Below, piece by piece: positions 24,178 to 33,816 of a stretch of DNA of 64,000 bases. The notes beneath the pieces are model-generated. The model was given only the letters and a program-made list of their open reading frames with translations. It had not been told where the DNA came from and did no database searches. The translations under genes were made by a program, and so were the position numbers. Position 1 is the stretch's first letter; each line of letters opens with the position of its first letter. Source of the stretch: Escherichia coli (GTDB lineage: Bacteria; Pseudomonadota; Gammaproteobacteria; Enterobacterales; Enterobacteriaceae); the NCBI RefSeq assembly GCF_041248615.1, contig NZ_CP158426.1. One strand, written 5' to 3'.

Positions 24178-25041
24178 TTATTCTTGCTCCAGCATCGCAT
24201 TCACCCACGCGTCGAGGTTGGCGAAGGTCGGTTTGGACGCCAGATGCAGCAGCTTACGCCCGGCGTCCACTGCCAGCAGCGTCGGTTTGCCGCCTGCCTG
24301 CGCCACCAGCACGGTGCGCACGCATTCCAGCAAAGAATGTTCTGCCCGCGCCTGTTGTTCCATGGCGTTGGCGAGCGGGTCCATCAGGCAGTAGCAGATA
24401 AAGACGCCTAAAAACGTCCCCACCAGCGCTGCCGCCACTTTCAGGCCAATCAGTGCGATAGAGCCGTCAATCGACTGCATGGTGATGATGATGCCCAACA
24501 CCGCCGCACAAATGCCAAACCCCGGCATCGCTTCGGCGGTACGTTGCAGCGAGCGCGACGGCGTTAGCAGCGACTCTTCCGCGGTGTCCAGTTCCTGATC
24601 GAGAATGCCTTCCAGTTCATGGGCGTCGATTTTACCCATCGCCATCAGGCGAAAGTTATCGGCAATAAAGGTCACCAGCCGCTTCTGGGTTAACACCAGC
24701 GGGTATTTCTGGAAAATGGTGCTCTCTTCCGGTTGCTCGATATGCTGATCCAGCATGCGCAGGCCGCCGTTTTGCACCATTTCGAGCAACTCATACAGGC
24801 ACATTAATAGCTGACGCTGAAACTCCGGCCCGAGCTGTTTTTTACTGATCACGCCTTTAATTTGATGAGCAATCTCTTTCAGCACATGTTTCGGATTACC
24901 AATAATCATCGCCCCGAAGCCCGCGCCTAAAATAATGATCATTTCCGCCGGTTGCCAGATAGCCACTAATTGCCCGCCCGCTTCAAAATAACCGCCAAAT
25001 ACGCAGCCGAGCACCACCAGTAAACCTAATATTTTTTGCAT
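24178..25041 (-). CDS. lafT: Lateral-flagellar stator protein MotA homologue
   Basis: 287 aa four-TM MotA/TolQ/ExbB family. Confidence 0.85.
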   Translation of the reverse strand: MQKILGLLVVLGCVFGGYFEAGGQLVAIWQPAEMIIILGAGFGAMIIGNPKHVLKEIAHQIKGVISKKQLGPEFQRQLLMCLYELLEMVQNGGLRMLDQHIEQPEESTIFQKYPLVLTQKRLVTFIADNFRLMAMGKIDAHELEGILDQELDTAEESLLTPSRSLQRTAEAMPGFGICAAVLGIIITMQSIDGSIALIGLKVAAALVGTFLGVFICYCLMDPLANAMEQQARAEHSLLECVRTVLVAQAGGKPTLLAVDAGRKLLHLASKPTFANLDAWVNAMLEQE

Positions 25042-25053
25042 GATTTCTTCACT

Positions 25054-25773
25054 TTAATTCGGATAGACAAAATCACGAATTTTCTGCGCGATCTGTTTAT
25101 TCAGTTGACAAATACGGGCTTCGGTTAGCCCTAATACCAGCGCAATCTCTTTGAGATTCATCTCATGCTGGTAATACATGGAGAGGATCAGTTGCTCTTT
25201 TTCGCTTAATAGTGAAAGTGCGTGTTGCAGCATTTGCTGGGTGACAAACTGATCTTCCAGTTCCCTGCCAGCAAGTGGAATGCCTTGCCCTTCGCCGTTC
25301 AGCAGTTCGTCAAGGCTGGCGAGCGTTTCCGCCCCTTCCAGTTGCTGATATTCGAGATAATCTTCATGCGAGATCCCTTCCACGGCCAGTTCTGACCACT
25401 CAGGCTCGTGCCCCAGTTTTTTACGCGTTTCGCGAATCAGGTCTTTCATCTGATGATATTTCTGTCGCAGCTGGCGCGGTCGCCAGTCGAGAGCGCGCAG
25501 CTCATCCAGGATCGCGCCGCGAATACGGTGCACGGCATAGCCCGCAAAACCTTCGTCCGGCAGTCCGTAGCGGCGAATGGCATTAAGCAGCCCCATTAAC
25601 GCCGTTTGTTCCATATCCTGACGATCAATAATGCAATTACACTGCGGGGCAAGTTGCCGCACAACTTTACGCACCAGTGGTAAATAGGCCTGCAAGTAGT
25701 GGCTCTCCTGCTGCGGGGTTAATACCGGCGCGGCAGCAAATTCTTCTGACTCGAATAATACGTCCTGTAGCAT
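25054..25773 (-). CDS. lafS: Flagellar sigma-28 (FliA-like) factor
   Basis: 239 aa with sigma-70 regions 2 and 4. Confidence 0.85.
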   Translation of the reverse strand: MLQDVLFESEEFAAAPVLTPQQESHYLQAYLPLVRKVVRQLAPQCNCIIDRQDMEQTALMGLLNAIRRYGLPDEGFAGYAVHRIRGAILDELRALDWRPRQLRQKYHQMKDLIRETRKKLGHEPEWSELAVEGISHEDYLEYQQLEGAETLASLDELLNGEGQGIPLAGRELEDQFVTQQMLQHALSLLSEKEQLILSMYYQHEMNLKEIALVLGLTEARICQLNKQIAQKIRDFVYPN

Positions 25774-25792
25774 GTTTATATCCGCCTGGTGA

Positions 25793-26260
25793 TTACTGGA
25801 AGACCACTTTTTTCACCAGCAAATCCTTATATGGTGCGCTCATTTTGCGACGTTGAAGGTCTTTCTTTAACGCATCCGAAATCAGTTTGCGGATGGCAGA
25901 TATTTTCATGCCGCGCAAATCTTCAAATTTCATTTCCGTCAGGCATTCAACCGCAATACTTTGATACAGCGGCTCCTGATGTTTTATTTTTTCCGCTTCT
26001 TTGTCACTGGCGACCACCATCACTAATTCCGCCGACAAATAATGGTCCGCGCCGTTGTTGTCATGCAGCGTGACAATGGTTTCCGGCAACGTCACAAATA
26101 CGCTTTTGCTTTCATCCAGGGTTTCCACCGTTTCCGTCTGCGCGGCGGCAGTCGGTTTTCCTTTTCCGGCATAATGATGCCAGACACCCCATCCAGCTCC
26201 GGCCCCCACCACCAACGCCAGAACGGCGCTGACCACGCCCGCCACCACGATTTTCTTCAT
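25793..26260 (-). CDS. lafF: FliL-like basal-body-associated protein
   Basis: 155 aa, single N-terminal TM segment. Confidence 0.6.
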   Translation of the reverse strand: MKKIVVAGVVSAVLALVVGAGAGWGVWHHYAGKGKPTAAAQTETVETLDESKSVFVTLPETIVTLHDNNGADHYLSAELVMVVASDKEAEKIKHQEPLYQSIAVECLTEMKFEDLRGMKISAIRKLISDALKKDLQRRKMSAPYKDLLVKKVVFQ

Positions 26261-26267
26261 ATTGCCT

Positions 26268-27329
26268 TTACACTTTGATCAAAACGGATTCGTTCTGTTG
26301 AAATTGAGGCGCATCATCAAGCTGTAAGGCGGCACTCACCTCTTCCTGCTGATGGCCCGACTGTTGTTGTTGCTGCGACTGCCCTTCGGAGGAAACCTGT
26401 ACGTTCACCTCCATAAAATTTTGCGCCGTCAGATGCTGGCGGAGATCGTCGCTAAACTGTTGTAACGCGCGGCAAACTTCACTTTGGTTCGCGCCGATGT
26501 GCACCATCAGTTTGCCGTTATCGAGTTGTACGACGATCTCGAGCTTGCCAAGCGACGGTGGATCGAGACGGATGGTGGAGATCTGCTGTTGTTTGTTGAG
26601 CTGAAAGTGGATCTGATCTTTCAACAGCGTCGTCAGTTTTTCGCCCAGTTCGTCCATTGAAAGCGTGGCTGGTTTGGCGACAATCTCCTGATGCTGGCTG
26701 ACCAGCTCCGGCGTCTTAACCTGCAACACCGCACGCGCAATAACCGGTTCGCTGTCCGGCACTTTTTCCGTTTTACGCTCGACCTGTGGGCGCGCGGTCA
26801 CACGGGTTAGTTCAGGTTTCGGGCGAGCGGGCTGTGTTGAGACGCGCGGCTGCGTCGGCGCAATGGCATGTAAATCTTCACTGGCGTAAGTCGCCAGCCT
26901 GGCCTGCTGTTCGGGTTTCGCCTGCGGCAACTGACCGATCAGCTCCTGCAACTGCGGCGGCAACGGCGTGAGTTCCTGCTGTTGCGTCGGGCGTTGCGGC
27001 GCTTTTTGCACCACCGCTTTCGTCACTTGCTGGATAACCGGCGATGTTGCGACGTTTCGCGGCTGCGGCGTGTCCTGATGCGGCGCGGTAGGTTGCGGAA
27101 GTAACAGCGCCATTAGCGCCTGCATCGCCACCGGATCGTTCTCCTGCGGGCGCGTCGCCTGTTGCTGACTGGTTTTAGCGCTATGAACGCGCTCCGCCAC
27201 CGCCGCGACCGCCATTTTCGGCAGGGTAAACGCGGGCGCGTTTTCACCGCTCACCGGCGGTAAAATACCCGTTTTCAGCGACGCCGTTTCCACAAGCGTT
27301 CCGAGCGTGGCAAGCAATGCCGGATTCAT
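26268..27329 (-). CDS. lafE: Hook-length control protein (FliK-like)
   Basis: 353 aa, Pro/Gln-rich central region, conserved C-terminal domain. Confidence 0.6.
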   Translation of the reverse strand: MNPALLATLGTLVETASLKTGILPPVSGENAPAFTLPKMAVAAVAERVHSAKTSQQQATRPQENDPVAMQALMALLLPQPTAPHQDTPQPRNVATSPVIQQVTKAVVQKAPQRPTQQQELTPLPPQLQELIGQLPQAKPEQQARLATYASEDLHAIAPTQPRVSTQPARPKPELTRVTARPQVERKTEKVPDSEPVIARAVLQVKTPELVSQHQEIVAKPATLSMDELGEKLTTLLKDQIHFQLNKQQQISTIRLDPPSLGKLEIVVQLDNGKLMVHIGANQSEVCRALQQFSDDLRQHLTAQNFMEVNVQVSSEGQSQQQQQSGHQQEEVSAALQLDDAPQFQQNESVLIKV

Positions 27330-27637
27330 GACTTCTCCGAAAGTAAATTAACAATTGAGTAGGCCAGTACGCCTTCCTGATGCCGCTGATGCTGTTCCAT
27401 ACGCGCCTTCAACACTTCTGCACGCTGCTCGCGCCGTTTAATCAGGGCATTAAACGCGCCGTACAGCTGCGCCTTCACCGCACACAACTGCGCCGCGTCG
27501 GTTTCCGCCGCCACGTAATCGTGAAACTGGCGCATCAACTGCTGATGCAGTGCCGGAAGCCGTCGCCAGCGTTGCTTGTCGAGGGCTTCGTTCATCGCCT
27601 CAACCAGTGCGAAAAGTTGCCTGCGTTGTTTTTCCAT
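27326..27637 (-). CDS. lafD: Small flagellar export chaperone/regulator (FliT-like)
   Basis: 103 aa helical protein downstream of fliS homologue. Confidence 0.45.
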   Translation of the reverse strand: MEKQRRQLFALVEAMNEALDKQRWRRLPALHQQLMRQFHDYVAAETDAAQLCAVKAQLYGAFNALIKRREQRAEVLKARMEQHQRHQEGVLAYSIVNLLSEKS

Positions 27638-27641
27638 CGTC

Positions 27642-28034
27642 TTAACCCAGCTTGCCCGAAAGCCCTTCCCAGCCTTCGCGCAGGTTACTTAAGATCAGCA
27701 TCACTTCATCGATTTTCTCTGCCGACAGTTCGCCGCTGGCTTCATACAATCGGTAAACGCAGTGGTCATAGAGGCGCGAAAGGTTGACCACCAGCTCGCC
27801 GCCGGTTTCAAACTCCAGCGAACTGGTGAGCGCATTGAGAATGTCGATGCATTTATTGATGCTCTGGGCTTTCTTCTCGAAACGCCGCCCTTCAATATGG
27901 CTTTTGGCGCGTTCCAGCTCGTCCATCAGGCCAGAAAACAGCACCAGCACCAGTTCCAGAGGCGATGCCGCCGCGGTACGCGCCGCGAGATCGATCTCTT
28001 TATATTGCGAATAGCCGTCCTGTACATGGTACAT
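27642..28034 (-). CDS. lafC: Flagellin-specific chaperone FliS homologue
   Basis: 130 aa with FliS-like core. Confidence 0.75.
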   Translation of the reverse strand: MYHVQDGYSQYKEIDLAARTAAASPLELVLVLFSGLMDELERAKSHIEGRRFEKKAQSINKCIDILNALTSSLEFETGGELVVNLSRLYDHCVYRLYEASGELSAEKIDEVMLILSNLREGWEGLSGKLG

Positions 28035-28056
28035 CTTTAGGGATATTCCTTCTGAG

Positions 28057-29373
28057 TTACGCGAATGCCGCCATGCTGGCTTTCATGGTGTACACCTCGA
28101 CCAGCGTGTTGGTGTACTCCTCGAGATAACGGTCGTAGTTGGCGTTATAGGTATCAGTAAGCTGATCGCCTTCGTCCTGAATTTTGCTCATCTGATCGTC
28201 AATGTTCTGCTGGCGCAGGGTGATGATGCCGTTGCTGGAGTCCGTGTAGGTGTTAATCAGGTCGTCCATCTGCGCTACCATGCTGTTGTCGCCAACGAAA
28301 ATAGAGGTCAGACCGTCAGGATTTTTCGCCATTTCGTCGTTGAACTGGTCGGAGTCAATCTGTAAGTGGCCGTGAGAATCGAGGGTGATGCCATAGTCAA
28401 CAATCGACACGCCGTTGTAGCTGGCATGGGCGATGTCATCGAGCTGGTTCGCCAGTGAACTGAGTCCGGCGTCGCCTGCAAATACCCCGGCGCTGGTACT
28501 GTCATCACCGTGAGTGGTTAGCGAATCAACCGTATCGATCAGGGTGTTATAGGCATCGACAAAGGTCTGCACTTTCTCCTGGCTGGCGCTGGAATCTTCG
28601 CTAATGTTAAAGGTAGTGAGGTCGCTGTCAGAATCGCTGACTTCGGTGAAAGTCATGGTGACGCCGGGGATCACATCATCAAACGTATTGCTGCTGTTGG
28701 TGATCGCCGGGCCCGTGGCGCTACCGAGATGAATAATCGCGTCCTGGGCTGAGGAAACAACCGTGGCAACGGGCGCGCTGGTGCTATCGTTGCTGGCATC
28801 ATGCCCCGTTACGCTCACCGAAAACGCGCTCTGCGCCCCGGTGCTATCGGAGGTGAGCATAATGGTGGTGGTGCCGTCGGTTTTCACCAACGCCGCTGAA
28901 ACGCCTGGATTATCATCGGAGTCGTTAATCGCGTTCACCAGTTCGCTGGCATCGATAAAACCGTCGCCGTCACCGTTCTGATCTGCCGCCGACAGATCGA
29001 TATCCATGGTGCTGTCGCCCATCGTCAGTTCAAAAGTACCGGTAGCGGAAAAGGCGTCGTCGCCCATACTGAACGTGGTTTGCTGCCCCTGCGCCAGTTG
29101 CTCAACGAAAAACGAGTAGCTTCCCGCCTGCGCCTGGGAATTGGCGGAAATGGTCGCCGAGTCATTATTGCTGGTGGCGGCAAAAGTCACCGGGCCGTCG
29201 GTATCGCTGTTCAGCGCGTCAACGGCGCTCTGGAAATCGCTTAACGCCGAGCTGAGCGAGTCCAGGCCGCTGCTTTCAGCGTCCAGCTCGGTCTGCTTCT
29301 CCTGCAAATTTGCCGCCTGGGTGGCGACATCCGCATAAGCAATTTCTTGCGCAATGGTTCTTGGGTTAATCAT
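28057..29373 (-). CDS. lafB: Filament cap protein (FliD/HAP2 homologue)
   Basis: 438 aa, conserved N- and C-terminal heptad regions, Ser/Thr/Asp-rich centre. Confidence 0.75.
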   Translation of the reverse strand: MINPRTIAQEIAYADVATQAANLQEKQTELDAESSGLDSLSSALSDFQSAVDALNSDTDGPVTFAATSNNDSATISANSQAQAGSYSFFVEQLAQGQQTTFSMGDDAFSATGTFELTMGDSTMDIDLSAADQNGDGDGFIDASELVNAINDSDDNPGVSAALVKTDGTTTIMLTSDSTGAQSAFSVSVTGHDASNDSTSAPVATVVSSAQDAIIHLGSATGPAITNSSNTFDDVIPGVTMTFTEVSDSDSDLTTFNISEDSSASQEKVQTFVDAYNTLIDTVDSLTTHGDDSTSAGVFAGDAGLSSLANQLDDIAHASYNGVSIVDYGITLDSHGHLQIDSDQFNDEMAKNPDGLTSIFVGDNSMVAQMDDLINTYTDSSNGIITLRQQNIDDQMSKIQDEGDQLTDTYNANYDRYLEEYTNTLVEVYTMKASMAAFA

Positions 29374-29404
29374 TGATGACTCCGGGTAACGATGTCAGGT
29401 TAAT

Positions 29405-29420
29405 GGCAAAAGGCGTGCCA
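29405..29420 (-). promoter_or_regulatory. Sigma-54 promoter (-24/-12) for lafB operon
   Basis: Reverse strand TGGCAC-GCCTT-TTGCC, perfect GG-N10-GC spacing, ~32 bp upstream of lafB start. Confidence 0.6.
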
Positions 29421-29506
29421 ATATTTTTTATGTGAAAAATCAATAGATTGAAAAACAGGCGGAAATGGTGTTTCCGGTCTGGCGGAAAAAAGCCTGCCGC
29501 TGAAAG

Positions 29507-29567
29507 CACAACACCGCCTGCAGGCGGTGTTGTTCGTGGCCGGATAAGGCGTTTACGCCGCATCGGC
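29507..29567. terminator. Perfect 13-bp-stem palindrome plus REP element downstream of lafA
   Basis: acaacaccgcctg/caggcggtgttgt followed by gccggataaggcgtttacgccgcatcggc. Confidence 0.55.
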
Positions 29568-29577
29568 AAGTCCGCCA

Positions 29578-30492
29578 TTACTGCAGCAGGCTGGAAACCA
29601 TGCTGGACATGCTGTTGGACTGTTTCAGCATGGTGATGCCGGTCTGCATCAGCACCTGCTGTTTGGTCATGTTGGACGCTTCCGTCGCGTAGTCGGTATC
29701 CATGATGTTACCGATAGCGACTTCGGTGTTGTCTTGCATACTGGTCAGGTTGTTGGCAGTGTCGTTCAGACGGTTGATAGAGGCACCCAGCTTGGACTGG
29801 ATCTGAGACACGTCATCCATCGCGGTAGAAATGCTGGTGATCATCTGGTTAGCCGAGCCAGACGCAGTCAGCTCAGTACCGCCAGAAACGCCTGCGGTGC
29901 CCGTGGTGTCAGCCTGATCCGCACTAAAGGAGTTGCTGATAGCAGAAAGATCAGTCACCAGGGTATTCAGCTGGCTTGAAATATTCACGGTCATGGTGTC
30001 GGAAGATTCCGCGCCCACCTGGAAAGTTACCGCGCTCTGGAACAGACCGTCAGTACCGGTGTTGCTGGTGCCGGAAACACCGAACAGGTTGGTGCCGCCG
30101 TAAGTGGTGTTTTGCAGCATGTCAGACATCTGCTGGCCCAGTTCGTCGTATTCGTCCTGCATCGCCTGCAGGTCGTCGTCGCTGTAGGTGCCGTTCGCTG
30201 CCTGAGTTGACAGGTCTTTCATACGACCCAGCACGTCAGACATTTCGTCGAACATGCTGTCGGCGGTTTGCAGCATCGCGGTGGCATCATTGATGTTGCT
30301 CAGCGCAACACCCATACCGCTGGACTGTGCTGTCAGACGGTTAGCAATTTGTTTGCCTGCGGCGTCATCGGCAGAAGAGTTAATCCGGTTACCTGTCGCC
30401 AGGCGTTCCATAGATGTAGACAGAGAAGAGCTGCTTTTGCTGATTGCATTAACGGCAGCCATTGAGGCGTTATTGGTGTTAATAGATAACAT
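29578..30492 (-). CDS. lafA: Lateral flagellin
   Basis: Start at MLSINTNNASM with RBS AAGGAG; conserved flagellin N and C termini; short (~305 aa). Confidence 0.9.
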   Translation of the reverse strand: MLSINTNNASMAAVNAISKSSSSLSTSMERLATGNRINSSADDAAGKQIANRLTAQSSGMGVALSNINDATAMLQTADSMFDEMSDVLGRMKDLSTQAANGTYSDDDLQAMQDEYDELGQQMSDMLQNTTYGGTNLFGVSGTSNTGTDGLFQSAVTFQVGAESSDTMTVNISSQLNTLVTDLSAISNSFSADQADTTGTAGVSGGTELTASGSANQMITSISTAMDDVSQIQSKLGASINRLNDTANNLTSMQDNTEVAIGNIMDTDYATEASNMTKQQVLMQTGITMLKQSNSMSSMVSSLLQ

Positions 30493-30926
30493 GATACTGC
30501 TCCTTGGGATTAATCGTTTTCGTTTCGATACCCTGTAAAAACGACACCTCAGGAGCAAACTTAAAATCGCCGTTAAAATTTTTTTGCCACGTATTATCCG
30601 ATGCCACTTTTAGCTAAAAAAAGCAGAGTTTAAATTCAGATAAAAAGATTATTAGCAATATCTGCCACATGGCCAGGTATCAAAATATGTCTTTATCAAA
30701 CGCTTGATATAGTTAAGATTGTCATCAATTATCGCGTTTTGTTCTCAATGTACTGATGCCAAAATTTACATTGCGTTGCAAATAGTACACATTTGGCTAT
30801 TGTACCTGTCCTGTCATTTCGTTACATTTCCACGCCATATAGTGATTAAGAATAATCCTATTACCGTAAAATATTAATTATCACGCAGAAAAATCATCTT
30901 CTCAGGGACGTATAAGACTGTGCTTT

Positions 30927-31820
30927 ATGCAAAGCACTATCAGGAAACATTTATCCCTTGCTAAGGTAAACTCAACTATGAGTATTATTATCAACAACTG
31001 GCGGATGGACCCGTCGCTTAATGCCTTAATACATTGCGAAACGGGTGAAACACGTCGTCTCGGCGAATACCATTTTATTTTGCTGGAAACATTAGCAAAA
31101 AATGCCGATGTGGTTTTATCGCGATCTTATTTATGTGCCGAAGTATGGAAGAACCGTATTGTCGGCGGAAATAGCCTGCCGACGGCGATCCATGCGTTGC
31201 GCGTTGCTATCGACGATGATGGCAAACAACAGAACATTATTAAAACAATTCCGAAGAAAGGTTACTTATGCAATAAAGAGTATGTATCTTTGCCGGAGTC
31301 ATCGCCTGCAGAAGCGCTGATTATTACCGACCAGATACAGGATACAGCCCCAGAAGAGATATCTTCGACTACACCGTATGTACCTGTTAGAAAAAAACAT
31401 AAAGGACTGATGGGGTTAGCGTTGGCCGCAGCTGTTATATTGGTTGGCTCAACCGTGGGGTATTCACACTTGAAAAGTACACCTGACGCTCCACAACTGG
31501 TAAAAGAGTCAATCAACAGTCCAAGAATAAAAATATTTCATCTTAGTTCTGGAAAAGAAAATAATTCCGCACCGTTACTGTCACAAACCCTCGCACCAGG
31601 AAAAGACAAACTCGATAATTTATTGTCAGCGCATAATATGACAATGACAACCTATTATAAATATGTTCGTAACCGACTGGAAAGTGATATTGTTCTGCAC
31701 AACCAGTGCAATGGTAGCTGGCAATTAACTTTTAATGTGGATAGCTGGCAGAATAGCGATATTAATAGCGCGATGTATCAGAATTTAGAGAAGTTGTTAA
31801 ATACTGTGCAGAAATGCTGA
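30927..31820 (+). CDS. Membrane-anchored winged-helix regulator (ToxR/CadC-like)
   Basis: N-terminal OmpR-type DNA-binding domain, single TM segment (LMGLALAAAVILVG), C-terminal periplasmic domain; AT-rich, low-GC gene. Confidence 0.6.
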   Translation: MQSTIRKHLSLAKVNSTMSIIINNWRMDPSLNALIHCETGETRRLGEYHFILLETLAKNADVVLSRSYLCAEVWKNRIVGGNSLPTAIHALRVAIDDDGKQQNIIKTIPKKGYLCNKEYVSLPESSPAEALIITDQIQDTAPEEISSTTPYVPVRKKHKGLMGLALAAAVILVGSTVGYSHLKSTPDAPQLVKESINSPRIKIFHLSSGKENNSAPLLSQTLAPGKDKLDNLLSAHNMTMTTYYKYVRNRLESDIVLHNQCNGSWQLTFNVDSWQNSDINSAMYQNLEKLLNTVQKC

Positions 31821-31835
31821 CGAGTGCCAATATAT

Positions 31836-31868
31836 GCCGGATGCGACGCTAAAGGCGTCTTATCCGGC
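31836..31868. repeat. REP-like palindromic element
   Basis: gccggatgcgacgctaaaggcgtcttatccggc. Confidence 0.55.
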
Positions 31869-31878
31869 ATACCGATAA

Positions 31879-32856
31879 TTACCCCAATAAACTCCTCACC
31901 GTCTGGCTGGAAATTCGCGCCTGACCGTTCACCGCCTGCAATAAAACCTGATAGTTATGATTGGCGCTATCCAGCACGCCGCCGAGATTTTCCGACGCCT
32001 GCACGGCGCTTTCCGTTTGCGGGAAGCGCGACATGCCGTCGATCAACTGCCGCGCCTTTTCCTGCTGTACCGCCATCTGCACACGCTGCTGATTAATGCT
32101 TTCTAACGTCTGAGAAATCCCCGCTCCGCCCTGTTGCAGGCTTTGCACTAAGCGGTCCGCCTGCGACGGTTCGGCAAAGGTTTTTAGTGGCATAAACGCT
32201 GATTTATCACCATCGGTGCGCACGCTTAGGGTGCTTTCAATGTTGGGCCACTGTTTTTCAGTGGTGGAGAAACTTATACCATCGGCGTTTTGATGCATCT
32301 GCACGCCCACGCGGCGCAGGGCGTTGGTCAGCCGCGTTTGATACTGCGCGGCGCTGTCATCCTCAGACAGCATCACCGCCGAAAGCTGAGTCTGCCGCCC
32401 GTCAGAGACGCTGAACATCCGCGTTCCCGGCGTGGGATTGTGTACCAGATTCGCCAGATCCGGCGAGTGAAAGCTCACCCGCGCTTCCCCCTGCAACACT
32501 GGCTGCAACTGGCGGTCCACCGCACCGCCGGAAAGCGCGGTGCGTTTGTCCAGCATCTGCATCAGCGCCGTACTCTGCGCCTGCCCGCCCTTACGCTGGC
32601 TGTGACGGTAATCGAGCAACTGCTGCTCCAGTTGCCCGAGATAATGATCCGCCTGCTGCAACGTGGTGAGCTGGTCGTTAAGCTGCACGCTGTAACGCTG
32701 CGGGCGAGTGGTAATCAGCGGCGAGGCCGGATATTCACTCGCCGTCGCCGGGAGTTTTTGCCGCACCGCCTGAGTGGGCGCAACGGTTGACGACGATACC
32801 GCAGCGCTATGCGCGCCGCCGGTGGTGAGTGACGAAGAAGTAAGTCCGACCTGCAT
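31879..32856 (-). CDS. Flag-2-associated protein of unknown function, co-oriented with flgL homologue
   Basis: 325 aa Gln/Ser-rich, no recognisable enzymatic motif; 16-bp gap to upstream gene. Confidence 0.45.
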   Translation of the reverse strand: MQVGLTSSSLTTGGAHSAAVSSSTVAPTQAVRQKLPATASEYPASPLITTRPQRYSVQLNDQLTTLQQADHYLGQLEQQLLDYRHSQRKGGQAQSTALMQMLDKRTALSGGAVDRQLQPVLQGEARVSFHSPDLANLVHNPTPGTRMFSVSDGRQTQLSAVMLSEDDSAAQYQTRLTNALRRVGVQMHQNADGISFSTTEKQWPNIESTLSVRTDGDKSAFMPLKTFAEPSQADRLVQSLQQGGAGISQTLESINQQRVQMAVQQEKARQLIDGMSRFPQTESAVQASENLGGVLDSANHNYQVLLQAVNGQARISSQTVRSLLG

Positions 32857-32872
32857 ACTGCTCCTGAAAGAG

Positions 32873-33802
32873 TTAGAGAACGCTGAATAAATTCAACTCA
32901 CTCACTTTCGAGTAAGTCTTGAGGGTAGCTTCCATTGCTACTTCCAGTCCGGTAAAGGTGATCGACGCCGGGCCGTAATCGAGATCCTGTAATGAACCAA
33001 TCAACTCATCATTAGAAGTAGAGATATCGGTCTGCGCATCGCTCAGCATCGACATGGTGTTCTGCGTCTCGCCGAGCGACGCAATCGAGGCGTTGAGGTC
33101 GTCCGAGGCGGTGTCCACCACGTTAACTGCGTTCTGAATATCGCTCTGCACCTGCGGATCGGCCGGGTCAACGTTTGGGTCTTGCAACTCCTGCGACAGG
33201 GTATTCAGTGTGTTGAGCACATCTAAATTGCTGCCGAAGAAATCGCTCGCCGCCACGTTGGTATCCACTTCCACGCCGTTCGACACCGTGGTCTGGCGGT
33301 GGTCGCTGTTGCCCTGATAGCTGTAGCTGTCGGTCACGCCATCGCCGTCATCGTCCACCGCCACAATCGGCGGCTGATCGTTGATGGTACCGCCAAACAC
33401 GTAATGCCCGTCTTCGTCCTGATAGTTCAGCGCCGCGACCATTGATTCGGTGAGCGACTCAATATCCTGCCCGAGACTTGCGAGCGAATCGGCGGTATTG
33501 GTACCATTCGCCGCTTCCAGCAGGTCGTCGCGCACCGCCAGCAGGCTGTTGTTGACGCCATCAAGAATTGATTCCTGCTGACTTAACCCCGCCGACGCGG
33601 AGTCGATATTGCTCTGATACTGCTCAATCGCCGACTGTTGGCGGTTCAACTGGGTGATGCGCGTGGCGGCGATCGGGTCATCCGACGGCTGCAAAATCTG
33701 CTTGCCGGTTGCCATCTGCTCGACCACATGCGCCAGATCGCCGGAGAGATTATTAAAACTTTGCGTCATCGAGACGTAGGTTTGTTGGGTGGTTACTCGC
33801 AT
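32873..33802 (-). CDS. lfgL: Hook-filament junction protein FlgL (HAP3) homologue
   Basis: Flagellin-like N-terminal domain (DPIAATRITQLNRQQ); start at MRVTTQ. Confidence 0.75.
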   Translation of the reverse strand: MRVTTQQTYVSMTQSFNNLSGDLAHVVEQMATGKQILQPSDDPIAATRITQLNRQQSAIEQYQSNIDSASAGLSQQESILDGVNNSLLAVRDDLLEAANGTNTADSLASLGQDIESLTESMVAALNYQDEDGHYVFGGTINDQPPIVAVDDDGDGVTDSYSYQGNSDHRQTTVSNGVEVDTNVAASDFFGSNLDVLNTLNTLSQELQDPNVDPADPQVQSDIQNAVNVVDTASDDLNASIASLGETQNTMSMLSDAQTDISTSNDELIGSLQDLDYGPASITFTGLEVAMEATLKTYSKVSELNLFSVL

Positions 33803-33816
33803 TTTCGCGCTCCCGC

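Noticed and set aside
30495-30640. Candidate sigma-28 promoter upstream of lafA (TTAAGTTT-N11-GTCGTTTT)
   Set aside because: The -35 matches at 7 of 8 but the -10 at only 4 of 8; lateral sigma-28 specificity is not known to me, so I do not call it.
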